Below, piece after piece: positions 16,770 through 25,922 of a stretch of 64,000 nucleotides of DNA. Source of the stretch: an uncultured Olsenella sp. (GTDB taxonomy: Bacteria; Actinomycetota; Coriobacteriia; Coriobacteriales; Atopobiaceae); the NCBI GenBank assembly GCA_949287905.1, contig CASEHX010000009.1, positions 23,365-87,364 of the forward strand. Reading direction: 5' to 3'. The notes under the pieces are model-generated. The model ran no database searches. It was given only the letters and a program-made list of their open reading frames with translations, and was not told the DNA's origin. A program made the position numbers and the translations under genes. Within the stretch, counting starts at the first letter, position 1. Every line of letters begins with the position of its first letter.

Positions 16770-18152
16770 TTGTCCCACGAGACGAGGGAGTCATCCTTGT
16801 CCGATTGTGAAAAGCGTCCACATTGGGGGAGGCGCGTTCTTCTCGGCCTGTTGGTCGTCGTGGTCGTGGCCGGCGTGGCGCTTGCGATCGGCGTGTGGCA
16901 CCGGCTCGACCAGCGCAGCCGCGGCGAGGGCGTGGTCCAGGCACCGAGCGAGTTTGCCGCGCTGGAGGGCTCTACCGGGCGCACCGGCGCCTTCACGGCA
17001 GACATCGACTTCACGAGTATGGCCACCGGTGCGGAGACCATCTCCACCGAGGTGGCCTGGGATGACGACTGGTTCTTCCAGGATCCCACCGTCTACAACC
17101 ACGAGCTCGCCACCACGTGCTCCGTGCTCTCTGCCGTGGCCAACTCCGAGTCCGCATACTACCAGGCGGGGTCCGACTCGCCGGCCTACATGGAGGCCGC
17201 GCTCGCGGCGCTGGGCTTTGAGCAGATCTCCACGGCGTCCTACCAGTACCGCAGCGAGATCTTCGATGAGATCGTGGACTTTATCACCGGTACGGACGAC
17301 GTGGTTGCCTACTCGGTTGCCACCAAGCACGTGACCAGCGCGGACGGGGCCGAGAAGACCCTCTTCCTCGTGTCCATCCGCGGCAGCTACGGCTCCGAGT
17401 GGCTGAGCGACCTCAACATGGGCGATGCCGCTGTCTACGACATGGACGAGATCACGCACGAGGGCTTCGCCCAGGCCGCGCGCGAGATCGTGGACGAGCT
17501 CATGGCGCGCATCACCGAGGAGGCGGGGCTCGACGGCACGGACGATATCTGCCTGCTCTTCACCGGGCACTCGCGTGGTGCCGCAGCGGCAAACATCGCG
17601 GCCGCGTACGCCGACGAGATGTCGCAGGGCCTGCGCGTGCTGGCACCGCTTTCGAGCATCTACTGCTACACCTTTGCCACGCCCGAGGTTACGACCTTTG
17701 ATACGGCGCGCGATGCCCTCTACGACAACATCTTCAACGTCATGAACCCCAGTGACATGGTGCCGCGTCTTCCGCTTGCATCCTGGGGCTACGAGCGCTT
17801 TGGGCACGACCTGTGGCTCCCCGGCTATGGCGACGAGGGCTTCGACGAGGCGCACGAGGCCATGTGCGAGGTCTTCGAGGCCAACACGGGCGTTGCGTGT
17901 CCCTACGTGCCCGAGGACCGCGAGCACGTGGACAAGCTCGTGGAGGACCTGGGACGCGAGATCCCCACGGCCGACGATTTGGCGACGCTTGGCGGCGGGG
18001 CCACCGTTGTGAAGGACCTTCTCGCGGACGTGAACCCCATGCAGGTCCTCTACGGTCACTACCCGAGCGTCTACATCGCCTGGATGCAGTCGCTCGACTC
18101 TGTGACAATGGGGTCGTGTGACAATGGGGTCGTAGCCAACTGTCACATGTGA
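16770..18152 (+). CDS. class-3 lipase family protein with N-terminal membrane anchor
   Basis: GHSRGAAAANIAAAY (GxSxG nucleophile elbow), and N-terminal LLGLLVVVVVAGVALAIGV. The start is uncertain (TTG 16770 or downstream). The last about 17 codons and the stop lie inside the tandem repeat at 18101-18178. Confidence 0.8.
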   Translation: MSHETRESSLSDCEKRPHWGRRVLLGLLVVVVVAGVALAIGVWHRLDQRSRGEGVVQAPSEFAALEGSTGRTGAFTADIDFTSMATGAETISTEVAWDDDWFFQDPTVYNHELATTCSVLSAVANSESAYYQAGSDSPAYMEAALAALGFEQISTASYQYRSEIFDEIVDFITGTDDVVAYSVATKHVTSADGAEKTLFLVSIRGSYGSEWLSDLNMGDAAVYDMDEITHEGFAQAAREIVDELMARITEEAGLDGTDDICLLFTGHSRGAAAANIAAAYADEMSQGLRVLAPLSSIYCYTFATPEVTTFDTARDALYDNIFNVMNPSDMVPRLPLASWGYERFGHDLWLPGYGDEGFDEAHEAMCEVFEANTGVACPYVPEDREHVDKLVEDLGREIPTADDLATLGGGATVVKDLLADVNPMQVLYGHYPSVYIAWMQSLDSVTMGSCDNGVVANCHM

Positions 18153-18178
18153 CAATGGGGTCGTAGCCGACTGTCACA
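18101..18178 (+). repeat. 2.5 tandem copies of a 31-nt palindrome-ended unit TGTGACAATGGGGTCGTAGCCRACTGTCACA
   Basis: Partial unit 18101-18116, full units 18117-18147 and 18148-18178. The same unit recurs at 27407-27471. Confidence 0.85.
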
Positions 18179-18196
18179 AATCGAGGGGGAGAGGGC

Positions 18197-19012
18197 ATGG
18201 CGGACGTTCGAGAAGAGCTCGCGCGCGTGCTAAGGGCGGCCTGCGACGAGGTTGACATGCGCCTGGAGGCGTTTCTCGCCAATCCGGACGACGTCGAGAC
18301 CATCCACAAGCTGCGCATCTCCATCCGCACGCTGAGAAGTCTGCTGGCGTTTGTCTCCCCGTTCCTCAAGCGCCTCCGCCATCGCCTGCTTCAGGCGGAC
18401 CTGCGGTCGGTGGTGATAGAGACCTCGCGCCTGCGCGAGTACGACGTGATGCTGAGGGACGTCCGTGCGCTGGGCGCGCCGTGCGGCGAGCTCCCTGAGA
18501 GGATCGGCGAGCTTCGTGCCCTCGAGCGCAACCGCGTGGTGGGCGTCATGGGAGGTCGCCACACCCGCCAGGCGCTGGCCCGCGTTCGCAGGCGCGTGGA
18601 GGCGCTTCCCTGGAAGGACTCGGTGCGCGGGCGCGGCGTGACGAGAGACGACGTGCTCGCCGTCTTCGACGAGCTCGTGCGCACCGTGGACGAGGGGTAT
18701 GCCTCCGTCGACCGCACGGACGCAGACGCCGTGCACACGCTGCGCAAGCGCTCCAAGCGCGTTCGCTACGTGGGGGAGTCGTTCGGCGCACTGCTCGGCG
18801 AGCAGGCGGTTGCCGAGGGCGCCCGGATGAAGGGGGTCCAGGACGAGCTCGGCGACGTCTGCGACGCCCGCGTCAACGCGGGGATGGCGCGCGACCTTCT
18901 CGCCCTGGGGCTCTCCGACGAGGCACGTGGCGCGCTCGAGGCCCTTCTCGGCCGGAACGAGGGGTTCGTGGAGGAGTTTGTGGCGGGGGCGGCGTCTGAC
19001 GGCATGGATTAA
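18197..19012 (+). CDS. CHAD domain-containing protein
   Basis: 271 aa. IHKLRISIRTLRSLL and VHTLRKRSKRVRY are conserved CHAD histidine/basic helices. Confidence 0.85.
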   Translation: MADVREELARVLRAACDEVDMRLEAFLANPDDVETIHKLRISIRTLRSLLAFVSPFLKRLRHRLLQADLRSVVIETSRLREYDVMLRDVRALGAPCGELPERIGELRALERNRVVGVMGGRHTRQALARVRRRVEALPWKDSVRGRGVTRDDVLAVFDELVRTVDEGYASVDRTDADAVHTLRKRSKRVRYVGESFGALLGEQAVAEGARMKGVQDELGDVCDARVNAGMARDLLALGLSDEARGALEALLGRNEGFVEEFVAGAASDGMD

Positions 19013-19079
19013 CACGCACGACGTGTTTCGATTCCCTATATTCCCAGTTGAGATTTACGCGCATTGCAAACCGTGCGTG

Positions 19080-20219
19080 TTAATCGGCGCGGGACCCTTC
19101 GTGGCGCACGGGAATCCCGGCCGCGCGGGCGGCGTCGAGCAGCTCGGCGTTGCGGGCGTTCATGGTGCCGAACCCGCTCGTGCAGCAGACGACCTCATGG
19201 CAGGCGAGAAGAACCTCGCGGGCGCGTGCCGCTGACTCTGCGCTCACGGGTTCGAAGTCCCGCTCGAAGATCGCCAGCGTGGCAAGGCTGCGCGCGAGCA
19301 GACCGTCCGCGTCGTGCTCGTGCAGCACGCCCGTGGCAAACGGCACGCCCTCGCGCGCGAGCCGTCGGAAGCACGTCGCTCCCGTGCCGCCGCCCGCGAT
19401 GACAAAGACCTCCGGCTCGCCCTCGGGTCGCGCGAGCTCGACGCTGCCGAAGGCCGGGTCGAAGGCGCCCGGCGCTAGGTCGTAGAGCTCGGCGACGCGC
19501 TCGGCGGTGAAGACCTCGTCCGGCGAGCCCTGGCACATGACGCGCCCGTCCCTGATGCAGATCACATGGTCGGCGGCCTTCTGGGCGAGGTCGACCTCGT
19601 GCAGGGACGCCACCACGGCGATGCCGCGCTCGCGCGCCTCGCGGCGCAGGAGCTGCAGGACGTCCAGCTGGGAGCGTACGTCCAGGTATGACGTGGGCTC
19701 GTCGAGCAGCAGCACGCGCGGCTCCTGGCAGAGCGCCCGGGCGAGAAGGACGCGCTGCCGCTGGCCGTCGCTCACGTGCGCGAAGTCGCGCTCCGCCAGG
19801 CCGAGCACGCCCGTCGCGGACATCGCCGCGGCGACGGTCTCGTGGTCCTTCTCGCCGAGGACGCCAAGACGGCCCGTGAACGGGTAGCGGCCCGCCTCCA
19901 CCACGTCGCGGCAGGTGAGGAGCTCCGTCTGCGGGCGGCCCGTGAGCATGACGGACATGGTGCGGGCACGCTCTGCTGCGGGGACGTCGCCCAGCGTCCG
20001 TCCAAAGAGCTCAACGACGCCGCCGAGCGCGCGCAGCTGCCCGGCAACGGTGCGCAGGATCGTTGTCTTGCCCGATCCGTTGGGACCGATCAGCGCCACA
20101 ACCTGCCCGGGTCTCACGGCAAGGCAGACATCCCGCACGAGTGCGCGTCGGCCGTGCCCCACGTCCAGCCCCCGTAGCTCGAGGGCGCGCGCTGGCCCCT
20201 GGCTCTTCTCGGCGCTCAT
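19080..20219 (-). CDS. ABC transporter ATP-binding protein (FecE/FepC type) with C-terminal extension of about 120 aa
   Basis: ATG 20219. LIGPNGSGKTTIL (Walker A), LSDGQRQRVLLARAL (signature), LLLDEPTSYLD (Walker B). The extra C-terminal domain reads EVFVIAGGGTGATCFRRLAREGVPF... Confidence 0.9.
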   Translation of the reverse strand: MSAEKSQGPARALELRGLDVGHGRRALVRDVCLAVRPGQVVALIGPNGSGKTTILRTVAGQLRALGGVVELFGRTLGDVPAAERARTMSVMLTGRPQTELLTCRDVVEAGRYPFTGRLGVLGEKDHETVAAAMSATGVLGLAERDFAHVSDGQRQRVLLARALCQEPRVLLLDEPTSYLDVRSQLDVLQLLRREARERGIAVVASLHEVDLAQKAADHVICIRDGRVMCQGSPDEVFTAERVAELYDLAPGAFDPAFGSVELARPEGEPEVFVIAGGGTGATCFRRLAREGVPFATGVLHEHDADGLLARSLATLAIFERDFEPVSAESAARAREVLLACHEVVCCTSGFGTMNARNAELLDAARAAGIPVRHEGSRAD

Positions 20220-21220
20220 TTCCCGGCCCTCCCGCGGAGCATGAGGGCAATCACGATGGGCGCGCCAAAGACGGCGGTGACGGCGCTCACGGAGAGCTCG
20301 ACCGGCGAGAAGAGCGTGCGCGCAATGAGGTCGCACCCGCAGCAGAACGCCGCGCCCGTGAGCAGGCACGCGGGCGTCACATGGAGCGGCCGCGACGATC
20401 CCACGCCGCGCTTGGCGAGGTGGGGCGCCGCGATGCCCACGAACGAGACGGGTCCCGCGAAGGCCGCGACGCACGCCGAGAGCAGGCTGGACACCAGCAC
20501 GATGAGCATCCGCAGGCCGCCGACGTTCACGCCCACGCTCTGCGCATGGGGCTCGCCGAGCTGGTAGGCGCCAAGGGGCTTGGAGAGCGCAAAGACCGCG
20601 GCGCCGGCGGCGAGCACCACGACGGCAATGACGCCGACGTCGGTCCACGTGGCACCCGAAAAGCTCCCGCGCGACCAGTTGTCCAGGTTCACGATGGACT
20701 GGTCGTCCGCAAAGGCCACGAGGAAGTTGGTGGCGGCCGAGCAGATGTAGCCCACCATCACGCCGGCCACGATGAGCATGCTCTGGGAGCGCACGCGCCG
20801 CGAGATGAGCAGCACAAAGCCCATCGTGAGAAGCGAGCCGAGAAACGCCGCGCCCACGGACGCCGCGGGGCTCATGACCTGGCCCGCGCCCAGCACCACG
20901 ATCATCACCACGGCCACCACGAGCTTGGCTCCGGATGAGACGCCCAGCACGAAGGGATCGGCGATGGGGTTTGCGAAGAACGTCTGCAGCAGGAACCCGG
21001 AGAGCGAGAGCGCGCCGCCCAGAAGCACCGCCTCGATGGCGCGCGGCAGGCGGATCTGCCAGATGACCTGTGCCGCAGTGGAGGTGTCGCCGGGACCGGC
21101 GGCTAGGATGCGGGCCACCTCCGCGGGCGACGTCTCAACGCTGCCCAGACACAGGCTCGCCACAAAGAGCGCGCCCAGGGCGAGAAGGACCACCAGGTCA
21201 AACGTCACCACCCGCCGCAT
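20216..21220 (-). CDS. FecCD-family iron/siderophore/cobalamin ABC permease
   Basis: ATG 21220 (MRRVVTFDLVVLLALGALF...). 334 aa, polytopic. 4-nt overlap with the ATPase gene. Confidence 0.9.
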   Translation of the reverse strand: MRRVVTFDLVVLLALGALFVASLCLGSVETSPAEVARILAAGPGDTSTAAQVIWQIRLPRAIEAVLLGGALSLSGFLLQTFFANPIADPFVLGVSSGAKLVVAVVMIVVLGAGQVMSPAASVGAAFLGSLLTMGFVLLISRRVRSQSMLIVAGVMVGYICSAATNFLVAFADDQSIVNLDNWSRGSFSGATWTDVGVIAVVVLAAGAAVFALSKPLGAYQLGEPHAQSVGVNVGGLRMLIVLVSSLLSACVAAFAGPVSFVGIAAPHLAKRGVGSSRPLHVTPACLLTGAAFCCGCDLIARTLFSPVELSVSAVTAVFGAPIVIALMLRGRAGK

Positions 21221-21254
21221 GCGCGCGTCCTTGTCGCCCGTCGCGCGCGCCACG

Positions 21255-22397
21255 CTAGCCCAGCCTCCAGAAGAAGGCGGCGGGCTCGCCCGAGCCGCTG
21301 AGGGCGGCGCGCAGGTCCAAGATGATGTCCGCCATGCTGGTGATCTGCTGGTAGAGGTTTGCGTCACAGGTCCAGACGTCGCCGTTGCGCACGGCGCGGA
21401 AGTCCGCGAGCAGCGCGTTCTTCTCGACAAGCTCCTCGAGGCTGGTCACGCCGTCGTCGATCGTGCCGTTGTAGATGATGACATCGGCGTCGCGTGCGCC
21501 CTCGTAGAAGCGCTCCATCTCCACGGTCACGGTGGTGGGGGAGGAGTCGGTGGCGCCCTCCTCGGCAAAGCTCACGTACTCGCCGCCCGCGGCCTCGATC
21601 ATCTGGCAGAAGTAGTCGCCGTTACGGCGCGTCACGGCGGCGCCGTCCTCGTTCACGTAGAAGAAGGCCACGGACCTGCCGAGCGGCCCCTCGGCGGCCG
21701 CCTCCGCCACGCGGGTCGCCACGTTGTCAAAGACCTCAGCCGCCTCGTCCTCGCGGTCGAAGAGGGTGCCCATGAGCTTGATCCACTCCAGGCGCCCGAG
21801 CATGTCCTCCTCGCGGCTCGACTGCTCCATGAGGACGGTCACGCCCAGCTCCTCGAGCTTGGCGCGGACCTCGGGCACATGGTCGATGTTGGTGTTCTCG
21901 ATGGCGAGCGGGCAGCCTTTGGCCGTGATGAGCTCGTAGTCGGGGGCGCGGTAGAGGCCGCCGTAGGTGATGGTCCCGTCCTCCAGACGCTCGGTGAAGG
22001 CGGGAACGGGGGAGTCCTCGGCGCGTACGGAGGAGACGCCAATCGCGTCCAGCGCTCCGATGGCGTCCACGAGGCAGATCATGCCGGTGGAGACCAGGTA
22101 GACGTTGGCGAGCGGCTGCCGGATCACGGCTACGTCGGCAGGCAGGCCCGCCGGGGGCTCCGCGCCCTCGGGTACGACGAGCAGGCGGTCGCCGCTGGCA
22201 AGGCTTGCGAGCCGGAAGCCGCCCTCGTAGGCGTCGAGCGAGAACTGCGTGGCGTGGGAGAGGGCCAGCGGCGTGACCTTGCCGAGAGCGCCAAGCCCCT
22301 CCGCCTGCGCGCCTCCGCCTTCCTCGGCGGAGCAGCCTGCCAGTGCCAGCGGCATGAGAAGCCCGAGGGCCACGGCGGATCTGCGGGTAAGTGACAT
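21255..22397 (-). CDS. ABC transporter substrate-binding lipoprotein (periplasmic binding protein type 2, FecB/BtuF-like)
   Basis: MSLTRRSAVALGLLMPLALAGCSAEEGG carries a lipobox LAGC. 380 aa. Confidence 0.85.
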   Translation of the reverse strand: MSLTRRSAVALGLLMPLALAGCSAEEGGGAQAEGLGALGKVTPLALSHATQFSLDAYEGGFRLASLASGDRLLVVPEGAEPPAGLPADVAVIRQPLANVYLVSTGMICLVDAIGALDAIGVSSVRAEDSPVPAFTERLEDGTITYGGLYRAPDYELITAKGCPLAIENTNIDHVPEVRAKLEELGVTVLMEQSSREEDMLGRLEWIKLMGTLFDREDEAAEVFDNVATRVAEAAAEGPLGRSVAFFYVNEDGAAVTRRNGDYFCQMIEAAGGEYVSFAEEGATDSSPTTVTVEMERFYEGARDADVIIYNGTIDDGVTSLEELVEKNALLADFRAVRNGDVWTCDANLYQQITSMADIILDLRAALSGSGEPAAFFWRLG

Positions 22398-22524
22398 GGC
22401 CCTCCAGTCAGACGAGCGTGCGTCTCAATGATACGTCTACGGGCGACCAGACAAACCTATCGAAAAAGGCCCCCAAAGGGTGCGAACAGGTAGGCGTGCA
22501 GGGTCGGCCAAAGCGGGAGCGGCC

Positions 22525-24609
22525 CTACTGCCCGCAGAGCGCCTGTCGAATGAGCTGGGAGAACGCGACCATTCCCTTGCCGGTGAGATGAATGCCGTCG
22601 TCCACGAGGTACTCGCTGTGTCCCTCGCTCGCCCCGCACCAGTCGATGATTCCCACGTTGGGGTTCTCGGCGGCAAAGTCGCGCAGGATCTCGTTGTTGA
22701 GGTCTTGGAGCTCGAGGGGGCTGCGGATGGTGACAAAGAACATCGGCTTTCCCCCCACGACGTCGATGAGGGCCTGTACCGTTGACTTGTCCCTGATGAG
22801 ACCGTTGCCGCCAAGGGCGAAGACAACGACCTCGGGGTCGTAGCCGCCTGCCACATCTGCCGCGTAGACGTCCTGTCCCACGTAGAGCTGCCGGCTCACC
22901 TTGCCGTCGACCAGGGCGTTGGGGAGCATCTTCCTCAGCTCCGGCGCGGCACCCTCGGTGACGGAGTCGCCGATGATGAGGGCACGGGCATCGCAGGTGC
23001 CGGTCTCGGGATCAAAGCTCCACGACTCCCACGGGAGATTGTCGGGGACCTTCTCGGCAACGGGCGCCGGCCGCTCGGGCTCCTCGGGCTTTTCTTCGGG
23101 CTCCTTCGCGGGCTTCTCGGAGTCCCCCTTCTCAGACGTGGGCTCGGACGGGGCGTTGGTGGCCTCGGACGGGTCGGTCTCGGACGAGTCGTCCTCGGGA
23201 GTGGTGGCCTCGGGAGCCGCGGCCTCGGGCTCTTCCGCGAGCTCGGGGCGCAGAACCGTCGCGCGCTCCTGCGCCATGGCCTGCCAGTCCACCGGCGCAA
23301 ACGCGAGAGCTCCCACCGCGCAGGCCCCAACGACGCCGAGACAGGCGGCCACAGAGGCGGAGGCTATGTCGCGTGCGCGCCGCTTGCCCTTCTCGTGCCC
23401 GAGGAAGCGCGCGCACGGGGCCTCCACCAGGCGATAGAAGACCTCCGCCACGAGCAGAACCAGGATGACCTGCAGCGCCTGCTCCCACCATGTGACGTCC
23501 GTGGTCCGCGTGGCCGGGTTCATGAGGATGAGCATGGGGTAGTGCACAAGGTAGATCGAGAACGAGCGCGTGCCGAGCAGTCGCAGAGGGGCCACGGAGA
23601 GCGCCCGTCCGAGCGGGCATCCGGGAAGCTTGACGCTGGCGAGCAGCGCGGTGGTGACGAGCGCTGCGGCGAGGTAGCCGCCGCGATACATGAGGGGGTC
23701 CTCGCCGTTGGCGAGCACGAAGCCGGCGAGAAGCGCGGCAAGGCAGACGACGCCGACGATCGTGGCAAGAACGGTCGCGGCCGTGCCCGCCTTGACATGC
23801 CTGCCGTCCTTCTCTGCCGAGCCGGGGAGCGCGAGCGCGACGAGCGAACCCGCAAGAAGCTCGGCAGCGCGGGCGTCGGTTCCGTAGTAGACGCGCGTCG
23901 TGTCTCCCGAGGGGTCGAGGAGGAGGGCCATGACGGCAGCGGATGCGAGGATGAGTACGCAGGTGAGTGCGGTCCCGCGGCGGCGCGCGCCTCTGTGCGT
24001 TCGAGCGGTGCGCCAGATCGCCATGAGCACGAGAGGCCATACGACGTAGAACTGCATGACCACGCCGAGGTACCACAGGTGCGTGAGCGGCGAGGGCAGG
24101 CCCGCCGCCTGGAAGTACGGAACCTGGCGGAAGATGTAGGACCAGTTGCCAAAGAAGAGAGACCCGGGGAGGGCGTCCGCCTGGACCTTGGGGAGGAGGC
24201 TCGGGCTAACGAGATAGGTGCCCAGAGCCGTAAGTGCAACGATCACGAGCACCGGCGGGAGCAGACGAACGACTCGCTTGAGGAGATAGCCCCCGTAACT
24301 AAACGCCTCTCGGTCAAGTGCGCTCGTGACGCTTCGCGTGGCGAGAAAGCCCGTGATCACGAGAAAGACCGTGACCCCGAGAAACCCGCCCGCAAGCACC
24401 GAGGGCCGCAGATGGTAGAGCACCACGCCGATGATGGCGACGGCACGCAGTCCGTCGAGGGCGCCGATGCGCTGTGCCGACGCTCCTCCTTTGGTTGCCG
24501 AATGGGCGGTTTTCTCGGCAGCTTTATTTCGTGCGGTGCCGGTGGTGGTTGCAAAGTGCGAGGGCATTCTCGGTGCGGTCGCCCCGCTGGCTTGCGCGTG
24601 ATTTGTCAT
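22525..24609 (-). CDS. acyltransferase-3 family membrane protein with C-terminal SGNH domain (OatA-like O-acetyltransferase)
   Basis: ATG 24609 with RBS AAAGGAG. LDGLRAVAIIGVVLYH... is followed by about 10 TM helices, an acidic Pro/Glu linker, then IIGDSVTEG (SGNH block I). Confidence 0.85.
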   Translation of the reverse strand: MTNHAQASGATAPRMPSHFATTTGTARNKAAEKTAHSATKGGASAQRIGALDGLRAVAIIGVVLYHLRPSVLAGGFLGVTVFLVITGFLATRSVTSALDREAFSYGGYLLKRVVRLLPPVLVIVALTALGTYLVSPSLLPKVQADALPGSLFFGNWSYIFRQVPYFQAAGLPSPLTHLWYLGVVMQFYVVWPLVLMAIWRTARTHRGARRRGTALTCVLILASAAVMALLLDPSGDTTRVYYGTDARAAELLAGSLVALALPGSAEKDGRHVKAGTAATVLATIVGVVCLAALLAGFVLANGEDPLMYRGGYLAAALVTTALLASVKLPGCPLGRALSVAPLRLLGTRSFSIYLVHYPMLILMNPATRTTDVTWWEQALQVILVLLVAEVFYRLVEAPCARFLGHEKGKRRARDIASASVAACLGVVGACAVGALAFAPVDWQAMAQERATVLRPELAEEPEAAAPEATTPEDDSSETDPSEATNAPSEPTSEKGDSEKPAKEPEEKPEEPERPAPVAEKVPDNLPWESWSFDPETGTCDARALIIGDSVTEGAAPELRKMLPNALVDGKVSRQLYVGQDVYAADVAGGYDPEVVVFALGGNGLIRDKSTVQALIDVVGGKPMFFVTIRSPLELQDLNNEILRDFAAENPNVGIIDWCGASEGHSEYLVDDGIHLTGKGMVAFSQLIRQALCGQ

Positions 24610-24678
24610 GCGGGCTCCTTTCCGGCTCCCCATTGTAGGAGGTTCGGGGCGCCGAAGGCGTGCGGCCTGCCTGCCTAT

Positions 24679-24961
24679 GACGGTTGTGCGCACCGTCGGC
24701 GGTTGTGCGCAGTCCCGACGGTTGTGCGCACCGCCGACGGCTATGCGCACCTCTGGAGCGCCTCGTTATTCTCGTCATGCTCCTGAGCTCGGAATATAGC
24801 AAATGAATCTTTGCGCACAACCGTTACGAGTGCGCACAGCCGCCGCGGGTGCGCATAACCGTAACGAGTGCTCACAACCGGCACGAGTGCGCACAATCGC
24901 CAACAGCGTGCACAACCGGCGCAAGTGCGCACAACCGCCGGGGAGATTGCGCCCGCAACCG
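24679..24961. repeat. foldback-like element 1: inverted arrays of 19-nt-periodic subrepeats with GTGCGCAC core
   Basis: 4 units of GACGGTTGTGCGCAC start at 24679, 24698, 24717 and 24736. A 60-nt spacer contains GGAATATAGCAAATGAATCT. 8 inverted units of GTGCGCACAACCG start at 24811, 24830, 24849, 24868, 24887, 24908, 24925 and 24947. Confidence 0.9.
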
Positions 24962-25055
24962 GCAACACGCTCAGAATCATGTAAAGTTTCATATGTTGGC
25001 AAAGGAGGCGGGGAATCGGCGTGACGTGTGTCGCGCGCCGCCGAGAGGAGCTGTC

Positions 25056-25886
25056 ATGCGCGTCGAGAAGATCGAGCTGCCGGGAGCTGGCCACGGGGCA
25101 AAGATTCCCACGCTCACGGCATACGTGCAGGACAACATAGAGGACCGGGCCGCGCGTCGGAGGCCGGCTGCGCTGATCTGCCCGGGCGGCGGCTACGCGT
25201 TTTGCTCCGACCGCGAGGGTGAGCCGATCGCCCTGGCCCTTCTCGCCCGCGGATATCAGGCCTTTGTCCTTGACTACACGGTGATCGATGCCGCCGAGGC
25301 AGCGCCACTGCTGCCCGCGCCGCAGATGGACCTCGCCCGCGCGCTGGCACTTGTGCGCTCTCGTGCTGGTGACTGGCACGTTGACGAGGCGCGCATCGGG
25401 CTCGTCGGCTGCTCGGCCGGCGCGCACCTGTGTGCCACGTACACGGCGCTCACGCGAGACGACGCGTTTCTCGCCCGCGCGGGAGTCTCCGCCGCGGAGG
25501 CGCGCGTTGCGTGGCAGGTGCTCTGCTACCCGGTCGTCGACCTCGAGGCCGGTTGGCCGCCGGACCCCGCGTACGCCGCGCGCATCTGCGAGGAGGGCTC
25601 ACCCCTGCGGCACGCCCAGGATCTGGTGAGCGACGCCACGCCGCCCACCTTCCTTTGGCACACGGCAGTCGACGAGACGGTCCCGGTGCGCAACGCCTAT
25701 CTCCTTGCGGGGGCCCTCGCCGCGCACGGGGTGGACCACGAGTGCCATGTCTTCCACGCAGGGCGCCACGGCCTCTCGCTCGCCACGGAGCAGACCTCGC
25801 ACTATGCGGGCGACGCGCTGCCCCATCTTGCCCGCTGGTTCGACCTTGCCCTGGAGTGGGCCGGCGAGCTCATGGGAGAGAAGTAG
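25056..25886 (+). CDS. alpha/beta-hydrolase (esterase/lipase, HSL-like)
   Basis: ATG 25056 after GAGAGGAG. ICPGGGY oxyanion-type motif and GCSAGAHL (GxSxG). Confidence 0.85.
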   Translation: MRVEKIELPGAGHGAKIPTLTAYVQDNIEDRAARRRPAALICPGGGYAFCSDREGEPIALALLARGYQAFVLDYTVIDAAEAAPLLPAPQMDLARALALVRSRAGDWHVDEARIGLVGCSAGAHLCATYTALTRDDAFLARAGVSAAEARVAWQVLCYPVVDLEAGWPPDPAYAARICEEGSPLRHAQDLVSDATPPTFLWHTAVDETVPVRNAYLLAGALAAHGVDHECHVFHAGRHGLSLATEQTSHYAGDALPHLARWFDLALEWAGELMGEK

Positions 25887-25922
25887 CCGTGGGGCGAGAA
25901 CGTCTCCCGCGGCGACAAAGGC

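Noticed and set aside
22398-22524. Cobalamin or other riboswitch upstream of the FecB/BtuF-like binding-protein operon
   Set aside because: Only 127 nt of intergenic DNA are available, and I saw no B12-box-like or GGGAA/GCCACTG-type conserved blocks. That is too short for a cobalamin riboswitch.
24679-24961. Possible CRISPR array, suggested by the regular short repeats
   Set aside because: The period is only 19 nt with no unique spacers. The repeats are degenerate and arranged as two inverted arrays. No cas genes are in the window. It is treated as a foldback or iteron-like repeat instead.
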